Positions 16,974 to 32,727 of a DNA stretch of 64,000 nt are shown one piece after another. The notes beneath the pieces are model-generated. The model saw only the letters and a program-made list of their open reading frames with translations. It was not told where the DNA came from and searched no databases. This DNA is from the human T2T-CHM13v2.0 reference genome, Homo sapiens. Position 1 is the first letter of the stretch. Each line of letters opens with the position of its first letter. The position numbers and the translations under genes were made by a program. The stretch is taken from assembly GCF_009914755.1 (NCBI RefSeq), contig NC_060936.1; one strand, 5' to 3'.

Positions 16974-17015
16974 AGAAGTCAGTTACATATTTAAGCTTCC
17001 CTTGGCTCTTTGCCA

Positions 17016-17034
17016 CTTCCACTAGAGGGCGCCA
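17016..17034 (+). promoter_or_regulatory. CTCF motif
   Basis: CTTCCACTAGAGGGCGCCA fits the core consensus CCASYAGRKGGCRS; CpG retained. Confidence 0.75.
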
Positions 17035-20000
17035 CTGAAAAGGAAAGGAGGTAAAACTAAAGGGAAGCCATTTTTCTCCTTAGTGCCTTTCTGTTGCCTC
17101 TGCTCAGCCTTACCATCCAGAAGAGGAAGTCCTCAACCAGTCTGCACAGCCTCTGGTGTACCACGGACATAGCACTCTCCACACAAACAGAAACATCTCT
17201 TGCTATACTTGCCCTTCTCCTCTGATCCCAAACACCCTTCATTCATCTCAATCACTTTCCCATGGACTTGTTTTCCTTCTTTCATTAGAACCAGAGCTCC
17301 ATGAGGGCAAAGCTGGTCTTTGTCTTCCCATACCATTATGGTGCCTGGCACAGAGTAGGTCTTCCATACACAGTTGTGTGTTACAAACCTCATGTGCTGA
17401 AAAATCACAAGCCTCTTATTCAAGGTGACAGAAATGGAAACCACACCACCTTATTAAGTCGTAGCAAATTTTCCACAACTTCATAAGCATGTGCTTGGAC
17501 CCTGCTTTCTAATTCTTCAAACCAGGAAATAACTCCCACATGGGCACTAGTGTTCTGCTCTTCTACACAGTGGAATTAAGCTTCTTAACTCCGCATCTAT
17601 AAGGTTTGATACAAAAGGAAACTCTATTGTCATTTAACCTGACGTTCTAGCAGTTTTCCTTGAAGTTCTCACAGGAGAACTTTGGGGACAATCCTCTCAT
17701 CAAAATGATTTCTAGCTGCTACCCTTCTCCCACCTTGAAATTCTTAAAGTTTCTTGCCCCCTTGTTGACTTTAATTATGTTCTTCCAATAGCCTTGTAAA
17801 ATTGAGCAAGTTCCCGACAGCATTTTGAAAGGCCCTGTGAGCTCCCTGGTCAGCATTTTCAATCTCTAATTATAAATCTGCCTGATGGCTTTCACTTAAT
17901 ACTTCTAAGGTGGGGCTGAGGGTAATTGATGGTTTTGAAGCTAGCTCTTTAATAGCAGCCGTCAATGTATCAAGGCTTAATTTCTTTCATGATCTCAGAG
18001 AAGTTGCTGCAAGTGGTGAGGAACTTATGTTATCATCCATCCTAGGAAAACAGAGAGATTTTATTAGAGTGTAGTGAAATATTTATAAGAACATTAGAGC
18101 TTGTGGGACTCAAGAACTGACTTCACCTCAAACTTTCATTTGCATACTTGCTTCCAGGGAAATCTATTATGGGATGGCCTGGATATATCACTTTAAAAAT
18201 CCTGCTTTTAATGAACAAATGAGAAAAGGTGAGTAGTTTTCTCTAGAAAGAACATTTTTCTCACCCACTGTCTTCCCGGAAAGATAAAAATATGCTCAAA
18301 ATATAGCATAGAAATAAAGGGACTATTTTGAAACAGAGACGAAAACATTTTAACTCAAGAAAGAAACGTCAGTGATGATGGAGGATTTCCTTAACAAAAA
18401 GAAGAGGCTTCACTGTTTGTTCACAAAGAAACTCGGTCTCTCAGTCTTTAGTTGTGACTTTCTGTTTTACCGAACTATTATTTTAATTGTGGCTTCTCTG
18501 TGTTCTCGTTGCCTTCCCGTAACATTTCCATGTTACTTTGTTGGTACTCATTGTCCTTCTGACAAGCCATGTCAGTCTCTTCCACACTGCCTCTTCCATC
18601 AAATGTATACTACAGTACCTTCATTAGCCCATTATAGATGCTATGTTTATTCATTCATTCAACAAACATGTCTTGTGGGTCTACTATTGGCCAGATGTTA
18701 TGAATACGAACACAGAAAGCAGTCCACACTCTCAAGGAACTTGCAGTTCAGTGAGAACTTGACTGGTTAGAAACCACCTGGCAATGTTACAAACTATATT
18801 ACATTTTCAAGCTATATTCAAGTTATCAGAGACTGTCATCACTCCTCCAAGCTAGAGATTCTGATTAGCTGACACATTTGCAACACTGATCTAGTGAACA
18901 AGATGTAACTATGATTCCTTGACCTGAATTTAGAGGCCTTTAGTACAAAAACAGTGCTGGGAGAGAAAGCTGAGGGAAGACTGGTAGAAGTCTGGAACTT
19001 CAGCAAAGAACAGATAAATTCATAGAAAGACAGATCTGCTTTCCTCTAGTTCAGCGGTTCTAGGGTAAGACTTTGTGCAACTGGGAATTAGAATTTTCTG
19101 GCAGCAAAGCTGTATCAGCCCTTTACAGGTTTACCTGGAATAATTCACACTCCCTTCCTTAACGTTCTACCTGGCCAAACTATCCAGGCCTAGCATAAAC
19201 CTCAGAGCCCACAGTGAGAATCATAGTCACCTAGTTGCTCTGACCTACTGCAATAAGAAACCAATGTTTTGTTTTGTTTTGTTTTGTTTTGTTTTTATGA
19301 AGTAAATGATGTTTAATGCCAAAAAGCACACTCGCTTTGGGTAGCTCAAGAGGTGTAAATTCAGACAGAAGCCTACCTCCAAAGTACAGAGCAGAAAAAA
19401 GCATTCCCAAAAATGCATTCTGGATTTTACCTCTCCCTCAAGCCCATGCTTAAAGTCAGCATCTGTGTAATGCTAATGATTAGTAAATCAAAAGGCATTT
19501 ATTTAATGGAGCCGCTTCAGTATGCTGCAGTAAGTTGCCTTCTGCCATATGGCTTTGGGTATGAAATGATTAAACTATAATATCTGGAGCCTCTGTTGCT
19601 GGCTATTTAACGGTGTTATGCATCATGAGCTCCGAGATGGCTCATGCAAATCTGTTTTCAGTTTGCATTCCCAGCAAAAAAGGACTCCTGGCCCAGAGGG
19701 ATTTAAATCCTCCTCCACTAATCACTAGGGCATACAGAATCACACTGATCCTGCATATAGTTAGTAGCTACAGACAACCCAATCCTAACTCAGGAAAGAG
19801 ACAGGGACCTTCATTAGGCAGCCATTTCCGGGGTTTAAAAACAAAGAAAATGATAATCTGTAATGGCTAAGAAAGCAAGAAGAAGGGAAGGAAGGCCCAG
19901 CACAGAGCCCTTGAGATGAGGACAATTTGGGGCACAGTAAAAAGGCTGCAAACTGGACCTTCTCAAACACTAGTCCATTGGCTGATCATAATCGCTACCT

Positions 20001-20060
20001 GGCATGGATAGCATCTTCTCTGCCAGGCACTCTGCTAAGCACTTTAACACATGCTACCTA

Positions 20061-20362
20061 GGGTGGGTGTGGTGGCTCATGCCTGTAATCCCTGCACTTT
20101 GGGAGGCTGAGGCAGGAGGATCACTTGAGCCCAGGAATTTGAGACAAGCCTGGGTAACATAGTGAGAACCCATCTCCACAAAAAATAAAAAACAAAAATT
20201 AGCAGGGCATCATGGTGCCTACCTACTTAAGAGGCTGAAGTGGGAGGATTGCTTGAGCCTAGGAGGTTGAGGCTGCAGTAAGCTGAGATCGCACCACTGC
20301 ACTCTGGCCTGGATGACAGAGCAAGACCTTATCTCAAAAACAAAACAATACGAAACAAAAAC
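20061..20362 (+). mobile_element. Alu (AluJ-like)
   Basis: Diverged dimer with A-rich tail. Confidence 0.9.
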
Positions 20363-20666
20363 ATATCTCACCTCTCTTAATATTCACAACATCCTCTATC
20401 TAGTAGGTACTACTATTGTTCCCATTTTACTGATGACAAAACAGAGGCTCAGAGGACTTAAGCAAGTTGACCGAGGTCACAGCTGGTTAGTGGTGGAGCT
20501 GAAGTTCAAATTCAAGTCGGCTAGACTGCAGGGCCAAAATTCTCTAACTACAGTCCTAGTTGAGCATCACCACTAGTTCCTTAGGTAAGAAACACTGATG
20601 GTGAATACCACCATCAGGGGATTTTTAGTTTCTTGCTTCTAAATATGATCAGTAAACTATGTATGA

Positions 20667-20998
<332 letters not shown>

Positions 20999-22844
20999 GA
21001 CTTAGTCGTTTTCAACAAATCCTTTTGTTGGCTTCATAAAATCCAAAGTTGAGAAACCATTTCAAGTGCTGTTATATACAGGCACCTGATCCAGCAAACC
21101 ATGCCTAGTATTTAAATGATCCCAGAACTTAGAAAGGGCAAAAATAGATAGTTATTTCCTGTTCAGAATTCTGCCTCGATATGGCTCATGCCATTTTATG
21201 TGCTATCCATTATAGTATTGTAAGTGTTACTAGGAATATAACCCAGTTCCTGTCCCCAAGAATGTTGCCTTTCTACTGGAGAGACTGGAAACAAAGAGGT
21301 CAGTTATACTTCAAAGTATAAGCAATTTAATTCCTCAGTGGAATTAAAGTACCATAGACATGGAGAGAATCAAAAGAGTTCAAAAGAAAGCCTTGGCTAC
21401 TTTGCTATGTGCAAGAGCAACTACCAGAGTAAAATCAGAAAAGAAACTCTTGTTCATCTATTCAACTCAGCATGAATAAATCACTTAAAATCATAATTGC
21501 TCTGGAACTTTGGGTGGCTATGGGCAAAAAGTCCTATAGAGAATTTAATAAAACTGTAGGCTTTGTATCAATCAATTCCTTTGGAAATTTTTAGCATAAC
21601 TCAGGAGTTGGAAACTTCCTTCTTACAAAAGACAGAGGCACTGTCTCACCCTCAGCCAATAGCCTCCTCCCTCATGGGTCCTGCTTCATTAACTTTTAAC
21701 TGGTGCTTTTACTATTCAGTTTGTACTTTTAAACTTTTAAAGCTTTTATCAGATGTCCTTTGAAACCAAAGCATACCATTAAAACACACACATTTCCAAC
21801 GTGACCAGATTTTTTTAAAAAGACCTATTCACAAAGACCTTGAGAGGACAAAGAATGTATTTAATGATACCAACTAGCATGGCGCCAGTAATGAATGGTT
21901 CTGTTCTGCCAATAATACCCAAAACTAAGGCAATGATTTTTTTGTAAGCCTTGTTTTGCTTTAGAAATTTACAGTAATATACTTTCCCATATATTATCTT
22001 ATTTCATCCTTCTGTCAACCATAGCGCCAAGCAGAGTTGGTTTTATTATCCCCATTTTAAAATAAGGAAACTATGGTTCAGAGCATTTAAATAACAGAGC
22101 CAGGCTTACACATGCAGTAAGCAACAGAGTCAGCGCCAGAATTCCAGCTCTCTGGTTTCCAGCCCATTGCCATTTCAAGTCAGCTATTTATATCAAACAA
22201 TATAACTTCTATTCTTATGTGATCTCTGCAAGGAAAGGTTGCAAGTCCTATTTGTCTTTGGATCCCTGGCACCTGACTTGGGACAAGTCAGAGTTTATGG
22301 TGGACCAGAAATAAAAACACTTTGTTCTAGTGTCTATGCTTTTCAGTCACTGTTACCAGTTACGAGGGTTAGGCTAACACTAAGAAGGCCAAAGTTTCAG
22401 GTTTTAAATATGCATGGGACAGTGAGTTTTCTGGTATTCCATGGCCACACAATCTTGCTAACCTATCCCAAAAGGGACCTGGCAGGTTAATGGATAGATT
22501 GGTCCAATGTACTCCCCTAATCCATCGTCCATGCTTGAAATCAGGGACTGTCACTCTCACAACTAACTTCTCAGGAAACATCCTTGCCTGTAGTCTCTCC
22601 CAGGAGGATTCTGAGGCAGGGCCTTGTAGATTGGTAGCCACACTCTATTCCCAGTGATTCTCCCTGTACCCCCAGCCTGGTATAGCTAATTAGAGCAGAG
22701 CTGGTGCTTGGTTCAAAGGCTATGGATGAGCATCCAAAAATCTTTGAGATGTCCTGGCAGAATGATACTTCCCAATGGAAACAGTGATTTACTGGGCCCA
22801 TGAAATGTTCCTTATCATAAATTCAAAGTGAAGGTGTATGGTAG

Positions 22845-22960
22845 AAAGGAATTCACCAGGGTGATGAAATGATGTACAACAAACCCCCATGACACATGTT
22901 TACCTGTGTAACAAACCTGCATTTATACCCCTGAACTTAAAAGTTAAAAAAAAGTTAAGG
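22845..22960 (+). mobile_element. L1PA 3' end fragment (older primate L1)
   Basis: ACAACAAACCCCCATGACAC...CCTGAACTTAAAAG followed by an A-rich tail. Confidence 0.8.
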
Positions 22961-24250
22961 AAATAAAAAAGAATATAGACCAAAAAAAAAAAAAAAGGAA
23001 TTTGAGGAGAAGTAATAGAGAAATTTAAAAATTAAAAGACTGTAAAAAAACAGAGTGAATATAATAGAAAAGAGTAACTTAGGAGTGAGAAGAGAGAGAA
23101 TCAGAGATGAAGACACATTGACGGTAGACCCCCAGGGGAGGAAACTCAGGGAAGCTTCCCCCCTGGGTTCCAGCCAGGGTTACAGAGCTGATGGCTGTCT
23201 GCTGGAACCGAGGTTGGGTTTTCTTCCCTTCAAGACCAGTTGCTCTTTAATCTTTTTGGATCCCAATCACTTTCATCATCTGATGAAAGATATGGGTCCT
23301 TGTCTCAGAAAAATGTGTATATGCACATTCAGACCAATGACTGCATTTAATTTCAAGAGACTTCTAGATCCCCTAAACCTGACTTCAGATTCACTAGGGA
23401 CCCATGGGCCACAGGGCAAGAAATCTTGTTTAAACTATTAGTTCATCTCAGATAGCTATGGTATCATAGCCATCTCTGAAGCTCAGCATTTAGTATGGGG
23501 CCTGAAACGTAGCAGGCATTGCATACATCTTGGTAGAATGATTGAGTGAATGAATGAATGAATGAATGAATGAATAAGTAGATGAATGAAATAAATACAA
23601 CTTGAAGTTTATGTCCTACTCAGCACATTGGGAGCATCCTCTTCTTCTTATGAAATACTGTATTAATGTAAGCTGAGTAGTATGTCAGGAAGGAATGCCT
23701 TTACCCAGATGATGTTTAATATATCCATCAACATAATTGATGGGCACACTGTCACCTTCTACATCCGGAGCTAGAAGGCCATTATACCACCAGTTACATG
23801 CAAATGAGAACTTGGAATGACATAGCCTAGAAGAACAGCTCTACTTTCCTAGTAGATATAGAAATGAAAAGCAACTATGTTTTCTACCTGAAATATATGT
23901 GTAATGATTATTTTGAACTGTAAGCTACTTTTTCCTACTATATAACTTGAAGGCAAGGTTATGTGACATAGCTTTGTACCTGCCCCCCTTGCTCACTGCC
24001 AATCTAAGTGTGTTACAGATAGAGAGATTTTAATTAAACTTATCTCATGGACTGTAACGTGGGTAGAGAAGACCTGCTTTTTGGTTTGTCGGGTGATGGG
24101 GGAAAATAAAAGGGAATTATAGCAGAATATAATGATCTCAAACTTTAAGTATTGAAGTCATTGTTTCAAACTGATTACATCTAAAAGTAAGAGTCAATTC
24201 TGTGAGCTATTTTTTTTATTTCTTAATTCTTGATCATAAAACTCCCATAT

Positions 24251-24579
<329 letters not shown>

Positions 24580-24960
24580 CTATATAAAAAGCTGTGCTTC
24601 AACCTAAATCTTCAATAATTAGAATTGCAAGGTATGGCAAACAATTGCAGTTTTCACGTAGACAGTCTTCCCCTCCTTGTGGATCCCATGCCCTGGTAGC
24701 GCAAGAAGAACGAGGGCCCAATTCACTCACAGTGCAAAACTTATGGGGTTCCATTTGTCTCAGTACTTCCTTATGGGTACCAGTGGCATAAAATATTGTA
24801 TGGTGCTTCCACCCAAGGAGCATGAACATTCTCTCATTAACATATTTAAAGCCCAGTAACAGAAAATCCATACTTGGCATGTGACATAGCTAACCCTAAA
24901 AACCTAATTTTTGCTAGCTCTTGAGTCACTTAGCTTACCTAAGCATAACATTTATTTTAT

Positions 24961-25124
24961 CTTTTTTTTTCTTTTTTGATACAGGGTCTTGCTCTGTCAC
25001 CCAGGCTGGAGTGCAGTGGCGCAATCTAGGCTCACCAGAGCCTCGACCTCCCAGGCTCGAGCTATCCTCCCACCTCAGCCCCTGAGGAGCTAGGACCACA
25101 GGTGTGCGCCAGCACACCCAGCTT

Positions 25125-25155
<31 letters not shown>

Positions 25156-25273
25156 GTAGAGATGAGGTTTCACCATGCTGCCCAAGCTGGTCTCCAACTT
25201 CTGGGCTCAAGCGGTCTGCCCTCCTTGGCCTCCCAAAGTGCTGGGATTACAGGTATGAGCCACCACGCCCAGT
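24961..25273 (-). mobile_element. Alu (AluJ-like) with (GTTTT)n linker
   Basis: Reverse dimer. Confidence 0.9.
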
Positions 25274-25368
25274 CACATTTATTATTATTATTTTTTAATG
25301 TGATTTAGCATATTGCTGCTGTATTCAGCATGTGCCTGGGGTGAAGGACAGTGAAAAAATAATTTTCT

Positions 25369-25666
25369 AGCTCGGCACAGTGGCTCATGCCTGTAATCCC
25401 AGCACTTTGGGAGGCCGAGGCAGGCAGATCACCTGAGGTCAGGAGTTCGAGACTAGCCTGGCCAACATGGCAAAACCCCATCTCTACTAAAAATACAAAA
25501 ATTAGCTGAGCATGGTGGCACATGCCTGTAATCCTAGCTACTCAGGAGGCTGAGGGAGGAGAATCACTTGAACCCGGGAGGAAGAGGCTGCGGTAAGCCA
25601 AAATCACATCACTGTACTCCAGCCCAGGCAACAGAGCAAGCTCCATCTCAAAAAAAAAAAAAAAAA
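25369..25666 (+). mobile_element. Alu (AluS-like)
   Basis: Full dimer with A tail. Confidence 0.92.
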
Positions 25667-25717
25667 GAATTTCCTGAATACCTTTATGAGGCAAGGACTT
25701 TCCAAAGATTATCTTAT

Positions 25718-26093
25718 TGTATTAGTCTGTTCTCATGCTGCTAATAAAGACATACCTGAGACTGAGTAATTTATAAAGGAAAGAGGGTTACTTGACTGAG
25801 TTCCACGTGGCTGGGGAGGCCTCAGGACAGTTACAATGACAGTGGAAGGGGAAGCAAGCACATCCTTCTTCACATGGCAGCAGCAAGGAAAAGTGCCAAG
25901 CAAAAGGAAAGGGAGAAAAGCCCCTTAAAAAACCACAGGATCTTGTGAGAGCTCACTCACTATCATGAGAACAGCATGAGGGTAAATCCCCCATGATTCA
26001 ATTACCTCCCACCGGGTCCCTCCCACAATAGGTGAAGATTATGGGAACTACAATTCAAGATGAGATTTGTGGGGACAAAGCCAAACCATATCA
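25718..26093 (-). mobile_element. THE1 solo LTR (MaLR)
   Basis: TGTATTAGTC...AAACCATATCA; 5-bp TSD CTTAT/CTCAT. Confidence 0.9.
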
Positions 26094-29000
26094 CTCATCC
26101 TAAGGATTTTCTTTTTTCTTTTTTTTTTTTTGACCCATTTTACAGACCAAGAAATTGAGCTACAGTGAGGTCACACAGCCGAGAATCACACAGTGAAGAG
26201 TTGGGATTTGAGCCTGGAATACTCTGACCTCAGAGTCTGGATGCTAGTCTCTTGCTGCCTCCCCTGTGTTATGAGGTCATGTCTAAATCACCTCCGTTAC
26301 TGAAAATGCTTGTGAAAGACCTATTCTGCTGGATAGAGCAGTCACCTTAGTCAAATATGATCCAAATGTTGCCATTAGGTCCTACCCAACCCCATCAAAG
26401 ATCAGAACCTGGAGGTGTGGTAACTCCCTCCAGTCCAGAAAAAAAAAAAAAAAAAAAAACCCAGTAGGTCAGAGTAAGGAGCTGCTCTGAGCCATCAGTG
26501 GGAGGGTTAAGTTAAAGAATAGAAAGATGTAACCTGACCCAAAACTTAGCTCTCATTTTCAACAGGCAAGAGCTCCTTGCAGGGTGACCTTGACTCAGAC
26601 CCACAATTTCATCTTTTTTTTTTGTTTTCTTTTTGGAATGGCAATAACAATGTCTGCCCAGCATCCACCACTTTAAGTTGGTGTTTACAATAGAACTGAC
26701 ACAGCCCTTTAAGCAGGCTCTTGCGTGCAGAGTTAACTCTCCCCTTGCACACAGAGCAGATCGTCAGGCTCCCTCCAGCCCCAGGACCTTTCTCTAACCA
26801 TAAAAAGGCAATTGTACCTCTAAACCCCAAATCCTTACCTATCCCTGCTGCACCCAGCTGTGCAAGGTGAGTCCTAGGAGGTCACATCCCACATGATTCC
26901 ACGTTTTCTCATCAGTATCCTTTGCTAGTTCCAGATATTGCAACATCACTACTGTTCAAGATTAGAACTTAAGAACTTGAAAAGGTCAAGAAAGATGTGG
27001 TGCCTTGTCTCCACATCAAGTAAACAGTCCGTGGCATTGGCCTCTGACAAATGACAACAGACTCACGGGGCAGCAGTTGAGGAGCTGTGCTTACATGATA
27101 CTTACCATCCTGAGAAGCATGGATGTATGGGGATACCCATACCCTGGTAACCCAACCCCATGGGCTCAGACAGTGTTGAACACTAGAGAATCTTCATCAT
27201 TTGCTCAGCTGTCACCACTTCCACAGATGCAAGAAATGGCCGATGGTTCTAGAGGATGACCCCAGCCTCTCAAATAGAAAAGGGAGTGTGTTAGATGTCA
27301 TCCAGCCAGTCGTATAGAAAGGTGGACTTTAAGAAACTGTGGTTAATGTTGGAAGGAAACATAAGGCAGCTTTTAAAGCTATTTTCATAGTCTTCAAAGA
27401 GAAATAAATGACCAGCGCCGACGGCTGCAGACAGCAGGACAGGCAGCCTGACGGAGCTCTGTATTCACTTTATTCTAATCTGTTGGGGGCAGGGGAATTC
27501 ATGGGTCCACACTCTATGAATCCATGGGTCCACAGACTAATTACATCATACATTGTCTGATTAATCCTCCCGATAATTGATCCTGCTCTGGCATGAGATA
27601 GCTGTGTGACCTTGAACCAATCATTAACCTTTGGGCCTGTCCTCTTCTAATGCCAGGGTAAGAATTATCAACATATATGTTGAAATCCCCAAGGATTATG
27701 CCAAGGAATGGAACAGAGAGGAAGACAGTGAGACATGTTGAGGGGGTAGAGGACTTGGATAGAGAAGAGTGAGGCAGAGAAGCAGCGTAAATAAGTGGGA
27801 GAATATCTAGGGAGAAAAGGAAAGACAAATTCAATAAGCAGTTTCAAAGCATGAGCCTCAAAATAAATGTCTTTCTTCCTTGCAATATTACTGTTTTGTA
27901 CTGGCTTAAGAAGCTAGACTATCTCCTGTCTGCAGAAAACAGACAGGATAACAGGAAACAGTTTTGGATTCCACAGTGATTATAGCTACTTAAGTTTGAC
28001 TTACCAAATACTGTCTCAAACAGATGGTATGTAACATTTGATTAAGGGCTTATCCTGCAAGCCCGACAGGGAACATTTCTTTCCCTCTTAATATAGAAAA
28101 AATGTAGAGAAGAAGGGAAATAAACTGACGATCTTGCCCATGTTCCATGTATACCAACGTTTATGCCTTTTCTAAAATGAATCTGTGCTTATTATGCAAC
28201 TCAAGACCAAACTGCATACTGGTGACACCATAGAATTTCAGTAAAAAAGGATATTGAAGATCATCCTATATAAGCCCCTTATTTTATAGGTAAGGAAACA
28301 GAGACACAGAAAGATAAGTTTGTTTGCCCATGGTCACACTGTGGCACATCTGGGACCAGGTCTCCTGATTCCAGGTCTGGCATTCACACCAGTCTTTATA
28401 TGTGCATAATGTTCAATATAGGGAAAACATACAAATCTGTCAGCACCATTACTACTAAATTAGTGCCAATCTGTGATGAGCAATTATCAGAACTTGAAGC
28501 TGATGGGTAATGCCATTCTAGTCCAGTTAATGAGCCAAAAGCTTGGTTCTTCAAAACACTTAACATTAATCAGCATTTGGCTTCAGTTTGTGACAAGTGT
28601 TTTCAAAACATCACAGACAATTACAATATTCCTAGCTTTGCCTAGTGTAAATACATGATGAAAGAAAGTCAGAATTTCATAAATGACAGTCTCCAGAATG
28701 GAAATAATGAGTCCCTTAGAGAAGGTACAATGTGTTCATCTTTCTTGCTAGCCAAAAGTAATTTGGGAACTAACGAGGTCACTGAGAAATTACAAAGTGT
28801 GAACTTCTGCTGGGTGAGGATGAAAAGGCCTCTTTTCACAGTAGCAAAGCAGAGCTAGCACGTGAGATCAGCCCCATATGAGTAATGAAGGAGTGACACC
28901 AGGCTTCATGCCTCATCGGCCACCCCCACACACACCCCCTTCCCCCTTGGTTACTGGCAATGCCTCAAAGGCGGGGGGCTCCCAAGCATGGAGTACTGAA

Positions 29001-29614
29001 ATGCTCATCTAGGGAAGAAGAAGCATTCCAAGAGGACTTGGGAACTCATTACACAGTAGCCTGATGCTGGGAAAGTAGTAGAAGAAAGAAAACCAGAAAA
29101 AAAAAATGGTGGTTTGTACGAAGATGATGTCCTCAGCTCCAAGCTCCACGTTTCCCAGGACGGTTCTTGCAGAATTTTGTCCCCTAGGATTTCTGGAGAA
29201 GTTGTCTATGATTGATTGATTGATTGACTTTCTGCAAGCCAAGAACCCAACTGTGGTTAATATTAGGTTTTCTGAAAGACAGAGAATTGCTTAATTAACT
29301 GGGCTTAGGATAGTGTTACTCATTAGCTAGTTTTATATTAATAAAAATATGTTAATCAATTAACCAGTCATTGTCGATCACCTGGTTAATAACTAATATT
29401 TATTGAGAAGTCATTGTGTGACAGGAACAATGTGAAATGTTTTCCCTTCATTATCTCATTCACTCCTCACCATGAGTCTTTGAGATGATAGTAATCATAA
29501 TTACATTCAGGAATTTATTCGACGTATATATTGAGCACCTGCTTATCAATAGACAGTTCTAGGCATTGGAGATACAGCAGTGAACAGGCAAAATTTCTCT
29601 TGTCTCTTGGATAG

Positions 29615-30090
29615 ATTATATCAGGTAACTATCGCTGCCTAACAAACCTCCCCAAAACCTACTGGCACAAAACAATTAACACTAATTATTGTTCATAAGT
29701 GTATGGGTTTTCCAAGCGGTTTTTCTGATCTTGATGGGACTCACTCATGTATCTGTTGCCACCTGGCAGATTAGCTGGTCTAAGAGGGTCTCTACTAGGA
29801 AAACTCATCTCTACTCCACAAGGTCTCTCATCTTTCAGCGGCTCTCCTAAGCTTATTCTTATAGAAAAGGCAGGGGTCCCAACAGAGGGGCTGGAAATGT
29901 ACAAAGCCTCTTGAGGCCTAGATTGGGAGCTCATACAGTATCACTTCTGCCACACTCTGTTAGCCAAAGAATGTCATGAGACTAGCCCAGGTTCAAGGGT
30001 GGGGAAATGGAGTTGACCTCACAATGGACAGAGTTGCAAAGTCACATTGAAAACACAGGGTATGAGAGGTCATTGATGCAGACCATCTAC
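29615..30090 (-). mobile_element. Old MaLR LTR (MLT1 family)
   Basis: GCTGCCTAACAAACCTCCCCAAAAC and TCACTTCTGCCACACTCTGTTAGCCAAA motifs; ends approximate. Confidence 0.65.
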
Positions 30091-31196
30091 TACATATATA
30101 ATGATGACTAAAATGACACTAAGGAATTCATGGAAATATTTCATTTGAGTCTCACAATAATCCCTGGAGGCAAATTCTATTACCAATCTCTGCTCCCCAA
30201 ATGAGGAAATTGAGGCCTAGGGAGGTTACAAAACTTGTCTAAGATCTATGAATATTTGGTGATGGCCTCAGGGTTCAAACTTAAGATTCCAGTGTCTGAG
30301 CACTGACCCACTATGTGATTCTCTCCAGCCTGCGCACTTCATGAGAGAAAGTACAGGACATGGTCACTGCCCGTAAGGCACTTATAGTCCTACTGGGGAT
30401 AGATAAGTCCCTGAGGAATCAGTAAAAATACGTGTCTCTAACCCAAACTTGGTAATTGCCCAACAAGCAGTAAGAATTAAGGGGGCCAGGACAAGAGACA
30501 GAAGCTTCCATAAAGAGATTCTCCAATGAACTGGGCTTTGAAGGGTCTAGGCAGTGAATAGCAAAAGGGGAGAGTTTTCTGATAATGGCATCCTCTCACC
30601 TTCATGTAAGGGCTTATAGTATAAACTTCCTTTTCTTTAGAATGGCATTCAGTGCTGCAGGCAATAGAAAACCTGATTAACAGTGACTTCTCATATAGGG
30701 ATTTTTGTTTGTCATGCACAACAAGTGTGGGAAAAAGAAGTTCAGGACTTCACAATAGCCAGATGATGTCATCAAGGAACCAGGTTCTTTCTGTCTTTCT
30801 CCTCTGCCATTCTACAAACATACCCCGATTCCTGGGGGTTTCATAATGCCAGGATGGCAGCTGTATTCATGAGTATTCTTGTGCATTCTCAAATAGGAAG
30901 AAGGAGGAGGTGAGCATGCTAGCACATCCTGTCCACTGAACTACTTTCCCATGATTTCCACCCATTGTACCCTCCTTACTCTCTTTGGCTAGAACTCAGT
31001 CATGCGTAGCTGCAGGGAAAGCTGGAGAAGCTAATGTTTCAGTTTTCTGAAACTCTGTAATATGGGCAAACAAGAAAAAAAGGGGGCTGTGAATGACTTT
31101 TACATAATCAATCCACAGTGTCGATCCCAACCCGCCCAGCACCGTCTCCCAGCACTTTCCCCAGCCACTCCTATGCACCAGCAAACAGAAGTCCTC

Positions 31197-31550
31197 TGCA
31201 TTAGTCCATTTTCACACTGCTGATAAAAACATACCTGAAACTGGTTAATTTATAAAGAAAAAGAGGTTTAATGGACTCACAGTTCCATGTGGCTGGGGAG
31301 GCCTCACAATCATGGCGGAAGGCAAATGGCACATGTTACATGATGGCAGGCAAAAGAGCGTGTGCAGGGGAACTCCCCTTTATAAAACCATCAGATCTCA
31401 TAAGACTTATTCATTATCATGAGAACAGCATGGGAAAGACCCACCCCTATGATTAAATTACCTCCCATTGGGTCCCTCCCATGACACGTGGAATTATGGG
31501 AGCTACAATTCAAAATAAGATTTGGGTGGGGACACAGCCAAACCATATCA
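31197..31550 (-). mobile_element. THE1 solo LTR (THE1B-like)
   Basis: 354 bp, TG...CA termini, perfect 5-bp TSD TCCTC at 31192-96 / 31551-55. Confidence 0.93.
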
Positions 31551-31935
31551 TCCTCATTCCAAGTGCACTTCAATCAATTGTTCTCTTGGCTCCCTTTTTT
31601 ATTTTCATAATGTCCTCTTGCCTTCATGGACTGTTGAAATTCTTCCATGACTCTTCTCTGATCTCCCGTAGCTGGCATGACCCCTATCTTGTGTTAGGCC
31701 CCTTGGTCCTTCTGCTGCTGCCCCTGCTGTAGCACAAAGCACATTCTGATTTCATAGTTCCTCTACTAGAATGCAAACTCTTCAAGTCAGGGGTCATGCC
31801 CTGTCCAGTTTTCTACCCACCTTTAGAACCACATGCAGCTCCAGGATCATGCAGACATGAAGGAAATTGAGTGAGCTTCATGATTTAGCATGAGGAGGAT
31901 GAGGAAAAGAAAGGTGGCACAAACAATTGGGGGAC

Positions 31936-32727
<792 letters not shown>

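Noticed and set aside
20595-20617. 9-bp perfect hairpin CTGATGGTG/CACCATCAG
   Set aside because: A few such stems are expected by chance in 64 kb
23131-23475. Imperfect hairpins at ~23131-23167 and ~23450-23475
   Set aside because: Short, with a bulge or mismatch, and no supporting context
27496-27534. Short direct repeats (CATGGGTCCACA x2; similar cases near 943, 7096, 54015 and 55291)
   Set aside because: Ordinary slippage micro-duplications; two copies only and no spacer array, so not CRISPR-like
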